Source: an uncultured Acidobacteriaceae bacterium (lineage in GTDB: Bacteria; Acidobacteriota; Terriglobia; Terriglobales; Acidobacteriaceae). Taken from it: a stretch of 64,000 nucleotides of DNA. The translations under genes were made by a program, and so were the position numbers. Location of the stretch: contig CAWCEA010000003.1 of assembly GCA_963794455.1 (NCBI GenBank), positions 2,133,263 through 2,197,262 of the forward strand, in the 5' to 3' direction. The notes under the pieces were generated by a model. It worked only from the letters and a program-made list of their open reading frames with translations. It made no database searches and had not been told where the DNA came from. This document shows, piece by piece, positions 28,903-40,036 of the stretch (position 1 is its first letter; the number at the start of each line of letters is the position of its first letter).

Positions 28903-28944
28903 TGGGCTGCTGACCGCGTTCAGCACTTCGTTCCGCCTCGTTGA

Positions 28945-31353
28945 TTGATTACAATAGGAGTTTCGTCCGGCTACCCTTACCGGAGCCGTAGAGGGAAGAG
29001 GGACGATCAGCTTTTGGAAGAGACAAACCACAATTCCAGTCCGGCCCCCAGCGTTTACTGGCGGGTCGAAGGCAGCCTTCTCGACCTGACCGTCGTGGAG
29101 CCGGTGGCGTTCTTTACCTGGAACGCCCAGACCTTCGCTGAGCGCTTCCGGCGGCGCGGCCTCATCTTCTTAATGGCACTGCTCCGGCCATTTCTTTACT
29201 CCACGAATCGCAAGTTCGCCACGCGCGTGGTGCACACCGTTTTGCGCGGAGTTACCCGCGACCGCCTCGACCTGCTCGGCGAAGAATATTTCCAATATAA
29301 ATTGAAGCCGCGTCTGAAGCTGAGCGGCGTCGAGAAAGTACAGGAACTTGTCCGCTCCGGCGCCGAGGTCATTCTGGTCAGCCAGGGCTTGGAGCACGTC
29401 ATGCGTCCTCTAGCCCAGCATTTGGGAGTGAAGCGCATAGTGGCGAACCGCCTCGACTTCCGCGACGGCACCGCGACCGGCAGACTGCTCGAGCCCGTGA
29501 TTCGTCCGCGCGGCGCCTTTGCCCTCATTCGCGAGCAGAATCCAGACGGACGAAAAGCTCCGAAGACGTTGGCGCGGCATCTCGATATTTCTGTCGAAGA
29601 GCTTCGTTCCGCGGTCATCCCGGCGGAGCGGCAGGTCGCTGCACCCGCGCAGCCCATCGTTCACTTCGACGGTCAGCGCCAAGCACCTGGATTTTCCGTT
29701 CGCCGCGCATTCTCCGGCAAGCACGTGATGCTGGTCGGAGTCACCGGATTCATCGGCAAAGTCTGGCTCGCAAATACGCTTCTGGACTTGCCCGATGTGA
29801 AGCGGATCTATCTGCTAATCCGCAGGCAGAAGTCGAATCCCGCGGAACGGCGTTTCGAAAAGATGCTGGAAGAGTCGCCCGTCTTCGACCCGCTCTTCGA
29901 AAAGCACGGCGACGCCCTCGCCGACTTCCTGCGCGAGAAAGTCGAAGTCGTTGAAGGCGACGTAACCCAGCCCGGCCTCGGCCTTGTGCCCGACACAGCT
30001 CGCCGCCTGCAGAAGAATCTCGACCTGATCGTCAATAGCTCGGGATTGACCGATTTCAATCCCGACTTGCGCGACGCGCTCACCACCAACACCGACGCGC
30101 CGCTCAATATCCTCGAATTTGTACGCACTTCCGACCACGCCAGCCTGCTGCATCTTTCCACTTGCTACGTAGCTGGAGAGCAGGATGGGCGCGTCGGAGA
30201 GAAACTGGTCCAGAACTACAATCCGCGCGGCTTAGCCGACTTCGACGCCGATCGCGAATGGAATGCTCTGCACGAGTTAGTCCGCCAGGCCGACGCGCAA
30301 TCCGAGAGCGAAGAAGTCACCTCCGGCCTCCGTATGCAGGCAATGGCCAAAGAACACGCGGCGAAAGGCTTGCAGGGCGCGGCTCTCGACAATCAGATTC
30401 GCAAAAACCGCGTCCGCTGGTTGAAGACCTACCTCACCGAGGCCGGGACTCGCCGCGCCAAAGAACTCGGTTGGCCCAACACCTACACGCTCACCAAGAG
30501 TCTTGCCGAATCGCTCATCGCGAAACGTGGCGCCGGACTGCCCGTCGCGGTCGTTCGTCCCGCGATCGTCGAAACCTCCGTCGACAAGCCCTTTCGCGGA
30601 TGGAATGAAGGCATCAATACCTCCGCCTCGCTTTCCTATCTGCTCGGAACCTATTTCCGCCAGTTGCCTTCGAACGAAAGCAAGCGCCTCGACATCATTC
30701 CCGTAGACGCAGTTTGCGGCGGGATGACTTTGATCGCCGCCGCCCTCATGGAACGCCGGCACGATCCGCTCTACCAGCTCGCTACCTCTGTGACCAACCC
30801 GTGCGATATGGGACGCTCCATCGAGTTGACCTCGCTCGCTCACCGCAAGCACTATCGCGCGCAGGAGGGGCTGGAATCATGGCTGCGCCTGCGTTTTGAC
30901 GCGATTCCCGTTTCCAAGACTCGCTACAACCGCATGTCGGCCCCGGCGCAGAAGGCAATCGTAAAATCGATTCAGCGCATCATGTCGCCGCTGCCCTTGA
31001 AGAAAGCGCCGCTGGTTAAGACCGAGCGCAGTCTGGAACGTCTGGAAAAACTCATCGAACTGTTCGAGCCCTTCATCCTGCTCCACGAACATGACTTCGC
31101 CGCTGAGAATATCGAGAAGCTTTCGTACGCGCTTGTGCCGGAAGAAAAATCCACCTTCGCCTACGACACACGCTCGCTCGACTGGTGGGAATACTGGATC
31201 AACATTCACATCCCGGCCCTGCGCCGCTGGACTTATCCTTTGATTGAAGGGCGGCCGCTCGAAGCGCGGCCTCCCCGCAACTTTCAACTCGCCCCCGCGA
31301 ATGGAGACGCCGTGAAGACCGGCACCAATGGAGCAACGTGGCGATATTCCTGA
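28945..31353 (+). CDS. HAD-IB-like domain fused to fatty acyl-CoA/ACP reductase (NAD_binding_4 / male-sterility type)
   Basis: N-terminal ~230 aa are HAD-IB-like. They are followed by [15 protein letters not shown] (GxTGFxG Rossmann), [20 protein letters not shown] and a FAR C-terminal domain. The start is TTG 28945 or TTG 29014. Confidence 0.7.
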   Translation: MITIGVSSGYPYRSRRGKRDDQLLEETNHNSSPAPSVYWRVEGSLLDLTVVEPVAFFTWNAQTFAERFRRRGLIFLMALLRPFLYSTNRKFATRVVHTVLRGVTRDRLDLLGEEYFQYKLKPRLKLSGVEKVQELVRSGAEVILVSQGLEHVMRPLAQHLGVKRIVANRLDFRDGTATGRLLEPVIRPRGAFALIREQNPDGRKAPKTLARHLDISVEELRSAVIPAERQVAAPAQPIVHFDGQRQAPGFSVRRAFSGKHVMLVGVTGFIGKVWLANTLLDLPDVKRIYLLIRRQKSNPAERRFEKMLEESPVFDPLFEKHGDALADFLREKVEVVEGDVTQPGLGLVPDTARRLQKNLDLIVNSSGLTDFNPDLRDALTTNTDAPLNILEFVRTSDHASLLHLSTCYVAGEQDGRVGEKLVQNYNPRGLADFDADREWNALHELVRQADAQSESEEVTSGLRMQAMAKEHAAKGLQGAALDNQIRKNRVRWLKTYLTEAGTRRAKELGWPNTYTLTKSLAESLIAKRGAGLPVAVVRPAIVETSVDKPFRGWNEGINTSASLSYLLGTYFRQLPSNESKRLDIIPVDAVCGGMTLIAAALMERRHDPLYQLATSVTNPCDMGRSIELTSLAHRKHYRAQEGLESWLRLRFDAIPVSKTRYNRMSAPAQKAIVKSIQRIMSPLPLKKAPLVKTERSLERLEKLIELFEPFILLHEHDFAAENIEKLSYALVPEEKSTFAYDTRSLDWWEYWINIHIPALRRWTYPLIEGRPLEARPPRNFQLAPANGDAVKTGTNGATWRYS

Positions 31354-32471
31354 CCGGGTCGACCGGATACATCGGCGCTCACGTGGCGTCCAATTTGTTA
31401 GAAGGCCACGGCGCGGCCCTGAACCTGCTCGTGCGAGCTCGTGATCCGCAGGAAGCGCAACTCCGCCTGTGGCGTGCCTTGCAGCTGCATCTGGAATTTC
31501 CGCGCTTCTTTGAATATCTCCAGACCAAGGTGCGTATCTTTTGCGGGGACCTGACCTCGCCCGGTTTCGGTCTCGGCCGCGATGAGTATGATCGCCTCGT
31601 TCACACCACGGATTCCGTGATCCACTGCGCCGCGTCGCTCAATCGCAAGTCGGAAAAGAGTTGTCTGAACGTGAATCTGCGCGGCACACTCGAAGTGCTC
31701 ACGCTGGCGCGGCATGCCGAGCACTATCACGGTCTCCGCCGCTTCAGCGAAGTCAGCACCGTGGCCGTCGCCGGCAAGCGCAGCAACGAGATCGTGACGG
31801 AAGATCGCTCCATCGAATGGGACCGCTCCGACTACGATCCCTACGCCCGCACGAAGAAATTTTGTGAGCACATGACGCGGGTGCTCCTTCCGGACACGCC
31901 AAAGACTGTCTTCCGTCCGAGCATCGTTCTCGGGGACAGCCGGCATGCTGAGACAACCCAGTTCGACATGGTCAAAGCCTTCGTATTTCTGGCGGGCCTG
32001 CGCGTGCTGCCGTTTCGCCCCACCGACAAAATCGACATCGTGAATGTTGACTTCGTCGCCGACGCGATCGCGACTCTTCATCAGAAAGACCAGCCGAAGT
32101 TCGATACGTATCACCTGTCTTCGGGAACTTCCTCGCAAACGTTCCGTGAACTGACGACCGCCCTCGCATCTGCACAGCAGAAGCGCAGCCCCTTGTTCTT
32201 GCCCTTTGCCGAAAAGCCGTTCGCCGGATCCGTGAACTTCCTCTCAAATCGCAGTGGATCGCTCGCCCGCGGCGCCTCGCTCCTGAAAGTATTCATGCCC
32301 TATCTGGTGTGGAACACGGTGTTCGACAACACACGCGTCACCGCCGAGCTCGGGCAGAAGCCGGTTCCGTTTTCGCAATACAGTTTCCCGCTGTTGAAAT
32401 TCAGCCGCGAAAATAATTTCGAATACAAGTACAAACCGTGGCCCGCGGCCGCCGGAGGTACCGCCGCATGA
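31338..32471 (+). CDS. SDR-type thioester/acyl reductase (NAD_binding_4-like)
   Basis: [13 protein letters not shown] Rossmann motif and IHCAASLN. The GTG start overlaps the upstream gene by 16 nt. Confidence 0.65.
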   Translation: MAIFLTGSTGYIGAHVASNLLEGHGAALNLLVRARDPQEAQLRLWRALQLHLEFPRFFEYLQTKVRIFCGDLTSPGFGLGRDEYDRLVHTTDSVIHCAASLNRKSEKSCLNVNLRGTLEVLTLARHAEHYHGLRRFSEVSTVAVAGKRSNEIVTEDRSIEWDRSDYDPYARTKKFCEHMTRVLLPDTPKTVFRPSIVLGDSRHAETTQFDMVKAFVFLAGLRVLPFRPTDKIDIVNVDFVADAIATLHQKDQPKFDTYHLSSGTSSQTFRELTTALASAQQKRSPLFLPFAEKPFAGSVNFLSNRSGSLARGASLLKVFMPYLVWNTVFDNTRVTAELGQKPVPFSQYSFPLLKFSRENNFEYKYKPWPAAAGGTAA

Positions 32472-33877
32472 TGGACCTTATCTTGGAGGCGTGGGTCAGC
32501 AGCAACATCGAGCGCGCCAAAGCTGGATGGATGCTCGGGGCAGGGAAGCCCTGGCAACCGGGCGAGAAGCTCAAGCTGCTGTTTGCCGGCTACAACGGCA
32601 CGCGCAATATGGGTTCAGACGTGCGAGTAGAAGAGATGCTGCGGCAGATTCGCCACATTCTCGGAGCCGAACGCGTCGACTTCACCGCGATGACCTTCGA
32701 CTTCGAACGCTCCAAAGGATATTTCGCAGAGACGGCTCAAGTTCGCCTGCCTGATATTTTCCCGCCATTCTTGTCAGATGAAGTGCCGCGGCATCACGGA
32801 GTGGTCGCCTGCGAAGGCTCCATGTTCAAGAGCAAATTCGCCAACGCCCTCACGACCATGATGATCGGCTCTCTGGGCATTGCCGCCGCGCAGAACAAGC
32901 TCTCCGTAGGCTATGGCGGCGAGGCGGGCCACATGGATCCCCTGCTCGCGAAGATGTGCGCGCGCTATTGCAAAGACTCGCTCGTGATCACGCGCAACGA
33001 AGAGTCCCGCACCGTGCTCCGCGAACTCGGCGTCCCCACCGAGTTGGGTACGGATACTGCCTGGACGTTTGAGCCGCGCTCCGCCGAGTACGGTCAGAGC
33101 GTCTTGCGGCAAGTTGGATGGGACGGCCGCACTCCGATACTAGTCGTCTGCCCGATCAATCCCTTCGAGTGGCCGGTGAAGGCCTCTGTCGCGAAACTTG
33201 CGTTGCACAGCACGGTCGGCGCCTATAAGAAGAGTCACTATCGTGGGCCCTACTTCCACAACGCAGGTCCGGCCGCCGATCGCGCCTACGAACATTACCT
33301 CACCTCGATCGCTAACGCCGTCGACGCATTCCGCAAGCAGCGTAGCGTCTTCGTCATCCTCGCCGCGACCGAGCGCCTCGACGCTCGTCCCGCGAAGCGC
33401 ATCTCCGACAAACTCGGCGGAGTGCCGATCCTCACCTCCGACGAATACAACATGTACGAACTCGTTAGTATTCTGCGTTCCTGCCACATGATGGCGTCGT
33501 CGCGCTATCACGGTATCGTGACCTCCATGCCGGCGCTCGTGCCTTCAGCCGGCATCACCATGGACGAACGTATTCGCAACCTCATGCGCGAGCGCGGCCA
33601 TCAGGAATTACTGATGAACGTCGACGACGCCGACCTCGAACAGAAGTTACTCCTTGCCCTCGAAACGCTGGCCACGCAAGGCGAGCGCATTGCCGACGGC
33701 ATAGCACGCACCGTTGTCAGGAACTTAAAAGTCATGGCGCGGATGGGCGTTTATTTTGAAGAGGAATTGCAGCGCCGCTATCCCGCATTCCCAACGCGCC
33801 AGGGCGAATGGAGTTGGGAAGATTACCTGCCGCCCATGAACGCCTCGCTGCGCCAGTTGGTCGCGGCCTACAGCTGA
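32468..33877 (+). CDS. polysaccharide pyruvyl transferase family protein
   Basis: [13 protein letters not shown]-terminal motif and SSRYHGIV C-terminal motif. ATG 32468 overlaps the upstream stop (ATGA). Confidence 0.6.
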   Translation: MMDLILEAWVSSNIERAKAGWMLGAGKPWQPGEKLKLLFAGYNGTRNMGSDVRVEEMLRQIRHILGAERVDFTAMTFDFERSKGYFAETAQVRLPDIFPPFLSDEVPRHHGVVACEGSMFKSKFANALTTMMIGSLGIAAAQNKLSVGYGGEAGHMDPLLAKMCARYCKDSLVITRNEESRTVLRELGVPTELGTDTAWTFEPRSAEYGQSVLRQVGWDGRTPILVVCPINPFEWPVKASVAKLALHSTVGAYKKSHYRGPYFHNAGPAADRAYEHYLTSIANAVDAFRKQRSVFVILAATERLDARPAKRISDKLGGVPILTSDEYNMYELVSILRSCHMMASSRYHGIVTSMPALVPSAGITMDERIRNLMRERGHQELLMNVDDADLEQKLLLALETLATQGERIADGIARTVVRNLKVMARMGVYFEEELQRRYPAFPTRQGEWSWEDYLPPMNASLRQLVAAYS

Positions 33878-33900
33878 TTCCGGCTTTCCGGTCCTAAACC

Positions 33901-35566
33901 ATGCCATTTGTCGGCGACATATTTTCGCAACTCAAAGCGGCTGCAGACACCGTCGTTCTGCAGGAAATCCGCGAAGGCCAAGTCACAGGAGTCACGGGCC
34001 AACAACTCCTCGACCTGATCGCCAAGGCGCGAACTTTCCTTGCCTCGAAGGGACTGAACAAAGGCGACCGCTGTGGAGTTGCTTGCCGCCAACAGCATTC
34101 GCTGGATCGCCCTCGACCTCGCAGCCATGGCCGAGGGGTTGATCGTTGTCCCCCTATATTTTCGCCAGGCTCCTGCTGAGTTGATCGCGATGATGAAAGA
34201 CAGCACTCCGTTATTACTCTGCTGCGGTGATGTCGCGCTGCGCGATGCAATTCAGCAGAACTGGCCCGCGGTAAACAAAGCTGAAATGCCACCGCAATTT
34301 CTCTTCGACGAGATTTTTGCCGGCGCCGACGGAGTCGCACTCGATCGCCCGCAAGTCCGCGACGCCGACCCCGTCACCATCATCTACACCTCCGGCACCT
34401 CCGGTGAAGCCAAGGGTGTGGTGCTGACCGCGGCCAACGTAGGATTCATGCTCGGCTGCACCTCGGCGCGCCTCGACTCGCTCATGGGCGGACGCTCCGG
34501 GCAAGACAGCATCTTCCATTACCTCCCGTTCAGTTTTTGCGCATCATGGATCGCCGTCCTGACGTTTATTCTTCGCGGAAGCCTGATCACGTTGAACACC
34601 GATTTGACGAGGATTGCGACTGACATGCCTGCGACCGCTCCGCACTATTTCCTCAACGTGCCGCAGTTACTTGAGCGCATGAGACGAGCCGTCGACGATC
34701 AGATCGCCCAGAAAGGCGGCATTGCCCAGGCAATTTACTCGCGAGCAAAAGACGCCAAGATCCGCGAGAAAGAGAAGCATCCGCAATCGACCGACGCCAT
34801 CTGGCTCTGGCTTGCGAATTCTCTCGTCTTTCCCACGATTCGCAAGAAGATGGCCGGTGAAAATCTGAAGGCCCTCATCTGCGGATCTGCCCCGCTCACG
34901 CAAGAGACGCAGGATTACTTTGCCATGCTCGGCATTCCCGTGCTTCAGGTCTACGGACTGACCGAGACCACCGGCATCTGCACGATGGACGATCCCCAAA
35001 ACCCGGCGCCCGGACGCGTCGGCCCTGCGATTCCTGGCATCGAGATGCGACTCGGAGACAACGACGAAATCGTCATCCGCGGCCCCAATGTTTTTCCGGG
35101 ATATTGGAATCGTCCCCAGCAAACCGCCGACGTTCTGCGCGACGGATGGTTTCACACCGGCGATCAAGGGGAAATGGACGCCTCCGGCAACTGGCGCATC
35201 GTTGGCCGACTCAAGAATCTGATCGTCCTCGGCTCGGGCCACAAGATCGCTCCGGAAACCGTCGAAGAAGAAATTGCGCGCCATTTGCCGGGAACGCCGC
35301 AAGTCGTTGTCGTAGGCAACGGCCGTGGATATCTCTCAGTGATCGTGACGGGAAGCGCGAGCGATGAACAAGTGCAAGCCGCGCTCGATGCGGTCAATCC
35401 GCACCTTCCGCACTACAAGCAAGTGCGAGCCTTCGTCGTGCGGCAGGAGCTTTTCTCCATCGAGAACGGCCTACTTACGGCGAACGGGAAATTAAAGCGC
35501 GATCTAATCTCGGCGCGCATGAAGAGCGAAATCGAAGAAATGTATCAAGTGAAGCAAGCAGTCTAA
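33901..35566 (+). pseudogene. long-chain fatty acid-CoA ligase (AMP-binding), split by a +1 frameshift near 34063..34076
   Basis: ORF 33901..34179 encodes a typical ligase N-terminus up to LASKGLNKGDR. ORF 34073..35566 continues with ELLAANSIRWIALDLAAMAEGLIVVPLY, then YTSGTSGEAKGV and GWFHTGD. Confidence 0.8.
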
Positions 35567-35576
35567 GCACTAGTTT

Positions 35577-35629
35577 TTCTTCGCGTCCTTTGCGAGGTTT
35601 TCTCAGCGACCTTTGCGATAAAGGGTTTT
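35577..35629 (+). repeat. CTTNGCG-phased intergenic repeat, family 2, copy a
   Basis: TTCTTCGCGTCCTTTGCGAGGTTTTCTCAGCGACCTTTGCGATAAAGGGTTTT. Confidence 0.6.
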
Positions 35630-35690
35630 GGAAAGCGCAAAGCAGGCCCATGGCTGCTAGAAGGGAAGCATCGGGAAATTCAAACTGCGC

Positions 35691-36494
35691 ATGAAACAAT
35701 TTCAAGGCAAAACGCTGTCCTGGGACCTGAAAGACGGCGTCATCGAACTAGCACTCCACCGCGAGCCCTGCAACGAATTGGGATCGCTGTCGCTCGAGGA
35801 ACTCGAGCAGTTCGCGTCCGCCCTCGACGATCTTGAACCAGAGGCTCATGCGCTCATCATCTATAGCGAGTTGAAGTCCGGCTTTTGCGCCGGTGCCGAC
35901 CTGCGTGAACTGTACGAGCGCGCGCAGTCAATGGAGAAGGCGCAGGCGACGCGTGGTGTCCGCGACTTTCTCGAACGCATTCACCGCGTCCTCAATCGAA
36001 TCGATGCCGCTGCGGTGACCACAATCGCCGCGGTTCATGGCGTGACATTCGGTGGCGGCTTTGAACTCGCCTTAGTCTGCGACCTCATCATCGCCGACAA
36101 GCTTGCCCGCTTTTGCTTTCCCGAACTTCGACTGGGCCTGATCCCCGGATTCGGCGGAATCCCGCGCCTGAAGCGCGATCTCGGGAACGCCGTCGTTCGT
36201 GACCTGCTGCTGACCGGCCGCAGTTTCAACGCCACGAAAGCCCAACAGATTGGTCTAGTGAGTCAAGTTGTGTCCGAAGGAGAGGCGTTGCGTGCCGCGC
36301 GAGCTACGGCCGCGCAGCTAGCCAAGTTCGACCGTCGCACCGCAGCAGCGGCCAAACGGTTCATCAAGCCCATTCCGCACGAAGAACTGCGCAAAGAAAT
36401 CGACCTCTTCTGCGAACTGTTTTCGTCGCCCGCGGTCGAGGCCGGCCTGAAGAAGTTTGTAGAGAGCACCGACGCTCAGCCGTATTTGCCATAG
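35691..36494 (+). CDS. enoyl-CoA hydratase/isomerase (crotonase) family protein
   Basis: FCAGADL, VHGVTFGGGFELALVCD and ELRLGLIPGFGG oxyanion-hole motifs. Confidence 0.85.
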   Translation: MKQFQGKTLSWDLKDGVIELALHREPCNELGSLSLEELEQFASALDDLEPEAHALIIYSELKSGFCAGADLRELYERAQSMEKAQATRGVRDFLERIHRVLNRIDAAAVTTIAAVHGVTFGGGFELALVCDLIIADKLARFCFPELRLGLIPGFGGIPRLKRDLGNAVVRDLLLTGRSFNATKAQQIGLVSQVVSEGEALRAARATAAQLAKFDRRTAAAAKRFIKPIPHEELRKEIDLFCELFSSPAVEAGLKKFVESTDAQPYLP

Positions 36495-36519
36495 TCAATC
36501 TGAATTAGAATAACTGCTT

Positions 36520-36762
36520 ATGGAAACAGCTGAAAAAACTCTGGACGAAATACTCACGCTCGCCGCGGCTCACTTCAAAGTGCCGCGCGAAAAGCTCTCG
36601 CCCGACGAAGACTTCTTCAAGGCACTGGGCATCGACAGCCTGCAAACGCTCGATTTGTTGACCAAGCTGGAGAATCATTTCCGGGTCGAGTTGCCCGACT
36701 ATGAACTCCAAGGCGTGACCGATTTCCGTACCTTGGCCGCGAAAATTCAAGCGCGGCTGTGA
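36520..36762 (+). CDS. free-standing acyl carrier protein
   Basis: 80 aa with the phosphopantetheine attachment motif LGIDSLQTLDL. Confidence 0.8.
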   Translation: METAEKTLDEILTLAAAHFKVPREKLSPDEDFFKALGIDSLQTLDLLTKLENHFRVELPDYELQGVTDFRTLAAKIQARL

Positions 36763-36843
36763 AAGATGGCTCGCAATTCCAGCACGAGATGTCTTTGAAG
36801 CTTGGAGTGAGTTTGGGCGAGTAACGAATTGATAACTAAAGCA

Positions 36844-36882
36844 TTTCTCTGTGCCTCCGTGGCTCTGTGGTGAAATAGCGTC
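36844..36882 (+). repeat. family 2 repeat, GTG variant
   Basis: TTTCTCTGTGCCTCCGTGGCTCTGTGGTGAAATAGCGTC has the same phased CTnnGTG/GCG layout as 48244..48286. Confidence 0.4.
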
Positions 36883-36885
36883 TTG

Positions 36886-38595
36886 ATGCTCGATCTCCGC
36901 CAATACACTTGTCTCGGCGCCGCGCTGCGCGATGCGCTTGAGCGCTTTTCCGCACAGACCTGCCTCATCGAGGCCGATCGCGATCGCGAAAAAGTTCGTC
37001 TCACCTACTCCGATTTCAAAGAGATTGCGTTGCCGCTTGCCCGCGCCCTCGAAGACGCCGACTTCGACGCCGGCGACCGCGCCGCCATCATCATGACGAA
37101 TCAGTCGAAGTGGCTGATTTCCGCCTACGCGATCTTCTACTCTGGCGGCGTCCTCGTTCCAATCGACTACAAGCTCACCGCCGCCGAGCACCTTCAACTG
37201 CTGGCGCACTCGAGATCCAAGGTGCTCGTTGTCGAGTACCACCTGTGGCGCGCCATCATGCAGGCTCCCGATTTTCAGAAGATCGGAACCAAGATCGTGC
37301 TTGTCACGGAAGCCCCGCTAGGCGCGGATTTGGCCGGGGCCTTCCGCTGGGAAGATTTCAAGCGCAAGGGCGCTCCCGACTTCGTCATGCGCCAGAAGGA
37401 AGACGTCGCCTGCATCGTCTATTCTTCTGGAACCGGCGGCCGCCCCAAGGGTTGCGTTCTCACGCATGAGAACTATCTCGAACAATGTCGCTCGCTCACC
37501 GCGTGGTATCCCTTCTGGCCGGGAGTGCGCTACCTGAGCATCCTGCCCACCAATCACGCCATCGATTTCATGGTCGGCTTCATTGGTCCATTCGTCTGTG
37601 GAGCCTGCGTCGTGCATCTGCGCACCCTGCGTCCCGAGTTCGTTCGAGACGCCTTCGTCCGTTATCGCATTACTTACGTAGCGCTGGTTCCGATGATTGT
37701 TAAGAATCTGGAACGCGGCCTGCGCGCGAAGTTCGACGAACTGCCGTCGTGGAAGCGGGCCTTCCTCAACACAATGATCGCGACCAACCGTCTTTTGACG
37801 CGCGGCCATCCCAGAGTGAAGCTCAGTCGCATGCTGCTCGGGAGCGTGCACCGCGGTTTCGGCGGTCAACTGCTTGCACTGATCACAGGCGGCGCCTTCA
37901 TGGAGCCGTCGACCATGCAGTTCTTCTATGATCTTGGCATTCCCGTGGTCAACGGCTACGGCCTAACCGAGGCCGGAACAGCTCTCACGCTCAACGACCT
38001 CAAACCATTTCGAGCGGATACCGTCGGCAGGCCGCTGCCCGGGGTCGAACTGCGCATTCTGAATCCCGACGCCGACGGCATCGGAGAAGTCGCCGTCAAC
38101 AGCAAAACCGTCATGTCGCATTACCTCGACGATCCGGAACTCACGCTTGAAACCATCGTCGATGGCTGGCTCCTGACCGGCGATCTCGGCCGCTTCGAGC
38201 GTCACGGCCATCTTCAGCTCTTCGGACGCAAGAAGAACATGATCGTCACCGAGGGTGGCAAAAACATTTATCCCGAGGACATCGAAACTGTTTTCGACGG
38301 TATGCCCGTCAAAGAGTACAGCGTGTTTGCGACGAATTACATTTGGCCGCAGAAGGAACTCGGTCGCGAGAGTCTCATCGTTGTCTTGCGCCTCGAACAA
38401 AATCAGAAATTCGACGACAAGCTGCTCGAGGAAATTTCCGTGCGCAACCGGCGCCTGCCCGACTTCAAGCGGGTCGCGGGATATTTGATCTGGGAGAAAG
38501 ATTTTCCCCGCACCGCCTCGATGAAAATCAAAAGGCAGGCGTTGGCGGAAGAAATCGGTAAATCGGTCGAGCGGGCCGCAATCGTGGGATTGTGA
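36886..38595 (+). CDS. AMP-dependent synthetase/ligase (fatty acyl-AMP/CoA/ACP ligase)
   Basis: [29 protein letters not shown] and a C-terminal TASMKIKR. Confidence 0.85.
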   Translation: MLDLRQYTCLGAALRDALERFSAQTCLIEADRDREKVRLTYSDFKEIALPLARALEDADFDAGDRAAIIMTNQSKWLISAYAIFYSGGVLVPIDYKLTAAEHLQLLAHSRSKVLVVEYHLWRAIMQAPDFQKIGTKIVLVTEAPLGADLAGAFRWEDFKRKGAPDFVMRQKEDVACIVYSSGTGGRPKGCVLTHENYLEQCRSLTAWYPFWPGVRYLSILPTNHAIDFMVGFIGPFVCGACVVHLRTLRPEFVRDAFVRYRITYVALVPMIVKNLERGLRAKFDELPSWKRAFLNTMIATNRLLTRGHPRVKLSRMLLGSVHRGFGGQLLALITGGAFMEPSTMQFFYDLGIPVVNGYGLTEAGTALTLNDLKPFRADTVGRPLPGVELRILNPDADGIGEVAVNSKTVMSHYLDDPELTLETIVDGWLLTGDLGRFERHGHLQLFGRKKNMIVTEGGKNIYPEDIETVFDGMPVKEYSVFATNYIWPQKELGRESLIVVLRLEQNQKFDDKLLEEISVRNRRLPDFKRVAGYLIWEKDFPRTASMKIKRQALAEEIGKSVERAAIVGL

Positions 38596-38654
38596 TCCGC
38601 CGCTGAATTGGCGCTGGCCGCAGCACGCGCTCGCAAATCAGCCACGCGGGCAGA

Positions 38655-39590
38655 TTGCAAATCACCAAAGTGAAACAGGTTCAGAACTTGGGGCAAAACT
38701 ATCTTGCGATTGTGAATCCGGCGGCAGGAGGCGGACGCAGCCGCAAACTCCTCGGCCCGGCCTTGGCTCGCTTGCAGGCGGGCGGCATCGAAGTGAAGGT
38801 CGCCCTGACACACGCGCCAGGTGACGCCACGAAAATCGCAAGCGACGCTTACGCCCGCGGCACGCGGAACTTCATCGCCGTCGGCGGCGATGGCACTTCT
38901 TATGAAATCGTGAACGGCCTCTATCCGCAGGCTCTGACCGGCGGGCGTCCCACCCTGGCATTCCTCCCACTCGGTACGGGCAATTCTTTCCTTCGCGATT
39001 TCAGCGATCGCGGCGTCGAACACGCCATCGACTCTCTCCTGGCGCAAAAGACTCGCCTGTGCGACGTGATCCGCCTGCGCCACCGCGAAGGCGTGATTTA
39101 CTTCATCAACCTCCTGAGCATGGGTTTCTCGGCCGACGTCGCTACCCTGCGCGCTCGCCGCTTCAGTTCCTGGGGAGAACTCGGCTACATCATCTCCATC
39201 TTCCTCACTCTGGCGCGCTTCAACCGGCGCTCGTTTCCCGTTCGCACCGGAGGCCAGACCGACTTCGACAGCCGTCGCTGCCTCTTCCTCACTTTCAACA
39301 ACAGCAAGTACACCGGCGGCACGATGATGATCGCCCCCAAGGCCGAGATCAACGACGGCCTCATCGAGTACGTTCGTTGGGGACCGATCGGGCGCTTGGG
39401 GTTGATCCGAAATTTGCCGGGTCTCTACGACGGCACGCACATTGAGCACCCGCTGGCCGAGCGCAATGCCTCGCCGCGAATCGAGTTCAAACTGGACGCT
39501 CCCATCGACGTCATGGTGGACGGCGAAGTGCTCACCCTGCACTGCGAGGAACTCGACGTACTTCCCGCGGCGCTCAGTGTTGTCCTCTAA
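38655..39590 (+). CDS. diacylglycerol kinase-family lipid kinase (YegS/BmrU type)
   Basis: IVNPAAGGGRS, IAVGGDGTSYEIVNGL and PLGTGNSF. Confidence 0.8.
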   Translation: MQITKVKQVQNLGQNYLAIVNPAAGGGRSRKLLGPALARLQAGGIEVKVALTHAPGDATKIASDAYARGTRNFIAVGGDGTSYEIVNGLYPQALTGGRPTLAFLPLGTGNSFLRDFSDRGVEHAIDSLLAQKTRLCDVIRLRHREGVIYFINLLSMGFSADVATLRARRFSSWGELGYIISIFLTLARFNRRSFPVRTGGQTDFDSRRCLFLTFNNSKYTGGTMMIAPKAEINDGLIEYVRWGPIGRLGLIRNLPGLYDGTHIEHPLAERNASPRIEFKLDAPIDVMVDGEVLTLHCEELDVLPAALSVVL

Positions 39591-39613
39591 CCTCCGTGAT
39601 ATAAGGATGAATC

Positions 39614-40036
39614 ATGTCTGAAGAGCGACGAAAGCGCCAGCAGGAACGCGAAGGCAGTTCCGCCGATGGAAAAATGAAAAACATCCTGATGTACGGGGGC
39701 ATCGTGGTGCTTCTTGCCGTTGCCTATTACGCCGGCTGGCACTACAAGAATCATAAATACGATGCCTTCGCCGAGTGCCTCGCCACGAAACACGCCAAGA
39801 TGTATGGACTCTACTGGTGCCCGCATTGCATCGAGCAAAAAGAAATGTTCGGTAAAGCCTTTCACTACGTCCCCTACCAGGAGTGCGCGATCAAAGGTTC
39901 ATCGGAAATGGCTCCGGAGTGCAAAGTCGCCGGCGTGAAATTGTTTCCCAGTTGGCAATTTGGATTGGATCCGCCAAAAGAAGGCGTTTTGTCTCTGGAA
40001 GCTTTGAGCCAGAAGACCGGGTGCAGCCTGCCATGA
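39614..40036 (+). CDS. membrane-anchored thioredoxin-like protein (VKOR partner domain)
   Basis: One TM, then AKMYGLYWCPHCIEQKEMFG (CxxC), a second Cys pair and the PSWQF motif. Matches the Trx-like domain fused to VKOR in other bacteria. Confidence 0.7.
   Translation: MSEERRKRQQEREGSSADGKMKNILMYGGIVVLLAVAYYAGWHYKNHKYDAFAECLATKHAKMYGLYWCPHCIEQKEMFGKAFHYVPYQECAIKGSSEMAPECKVAGVKLFPSWQFGLDPPKEGVLSLEALSQKTGCSLP

Noticed and set aside
38403-39542. 379-aa ORF antisense to the lipid kinase and ligase genes
   Set aside because: It is a shadow ORF spanning two sense-strand genes that have clear family motifs.
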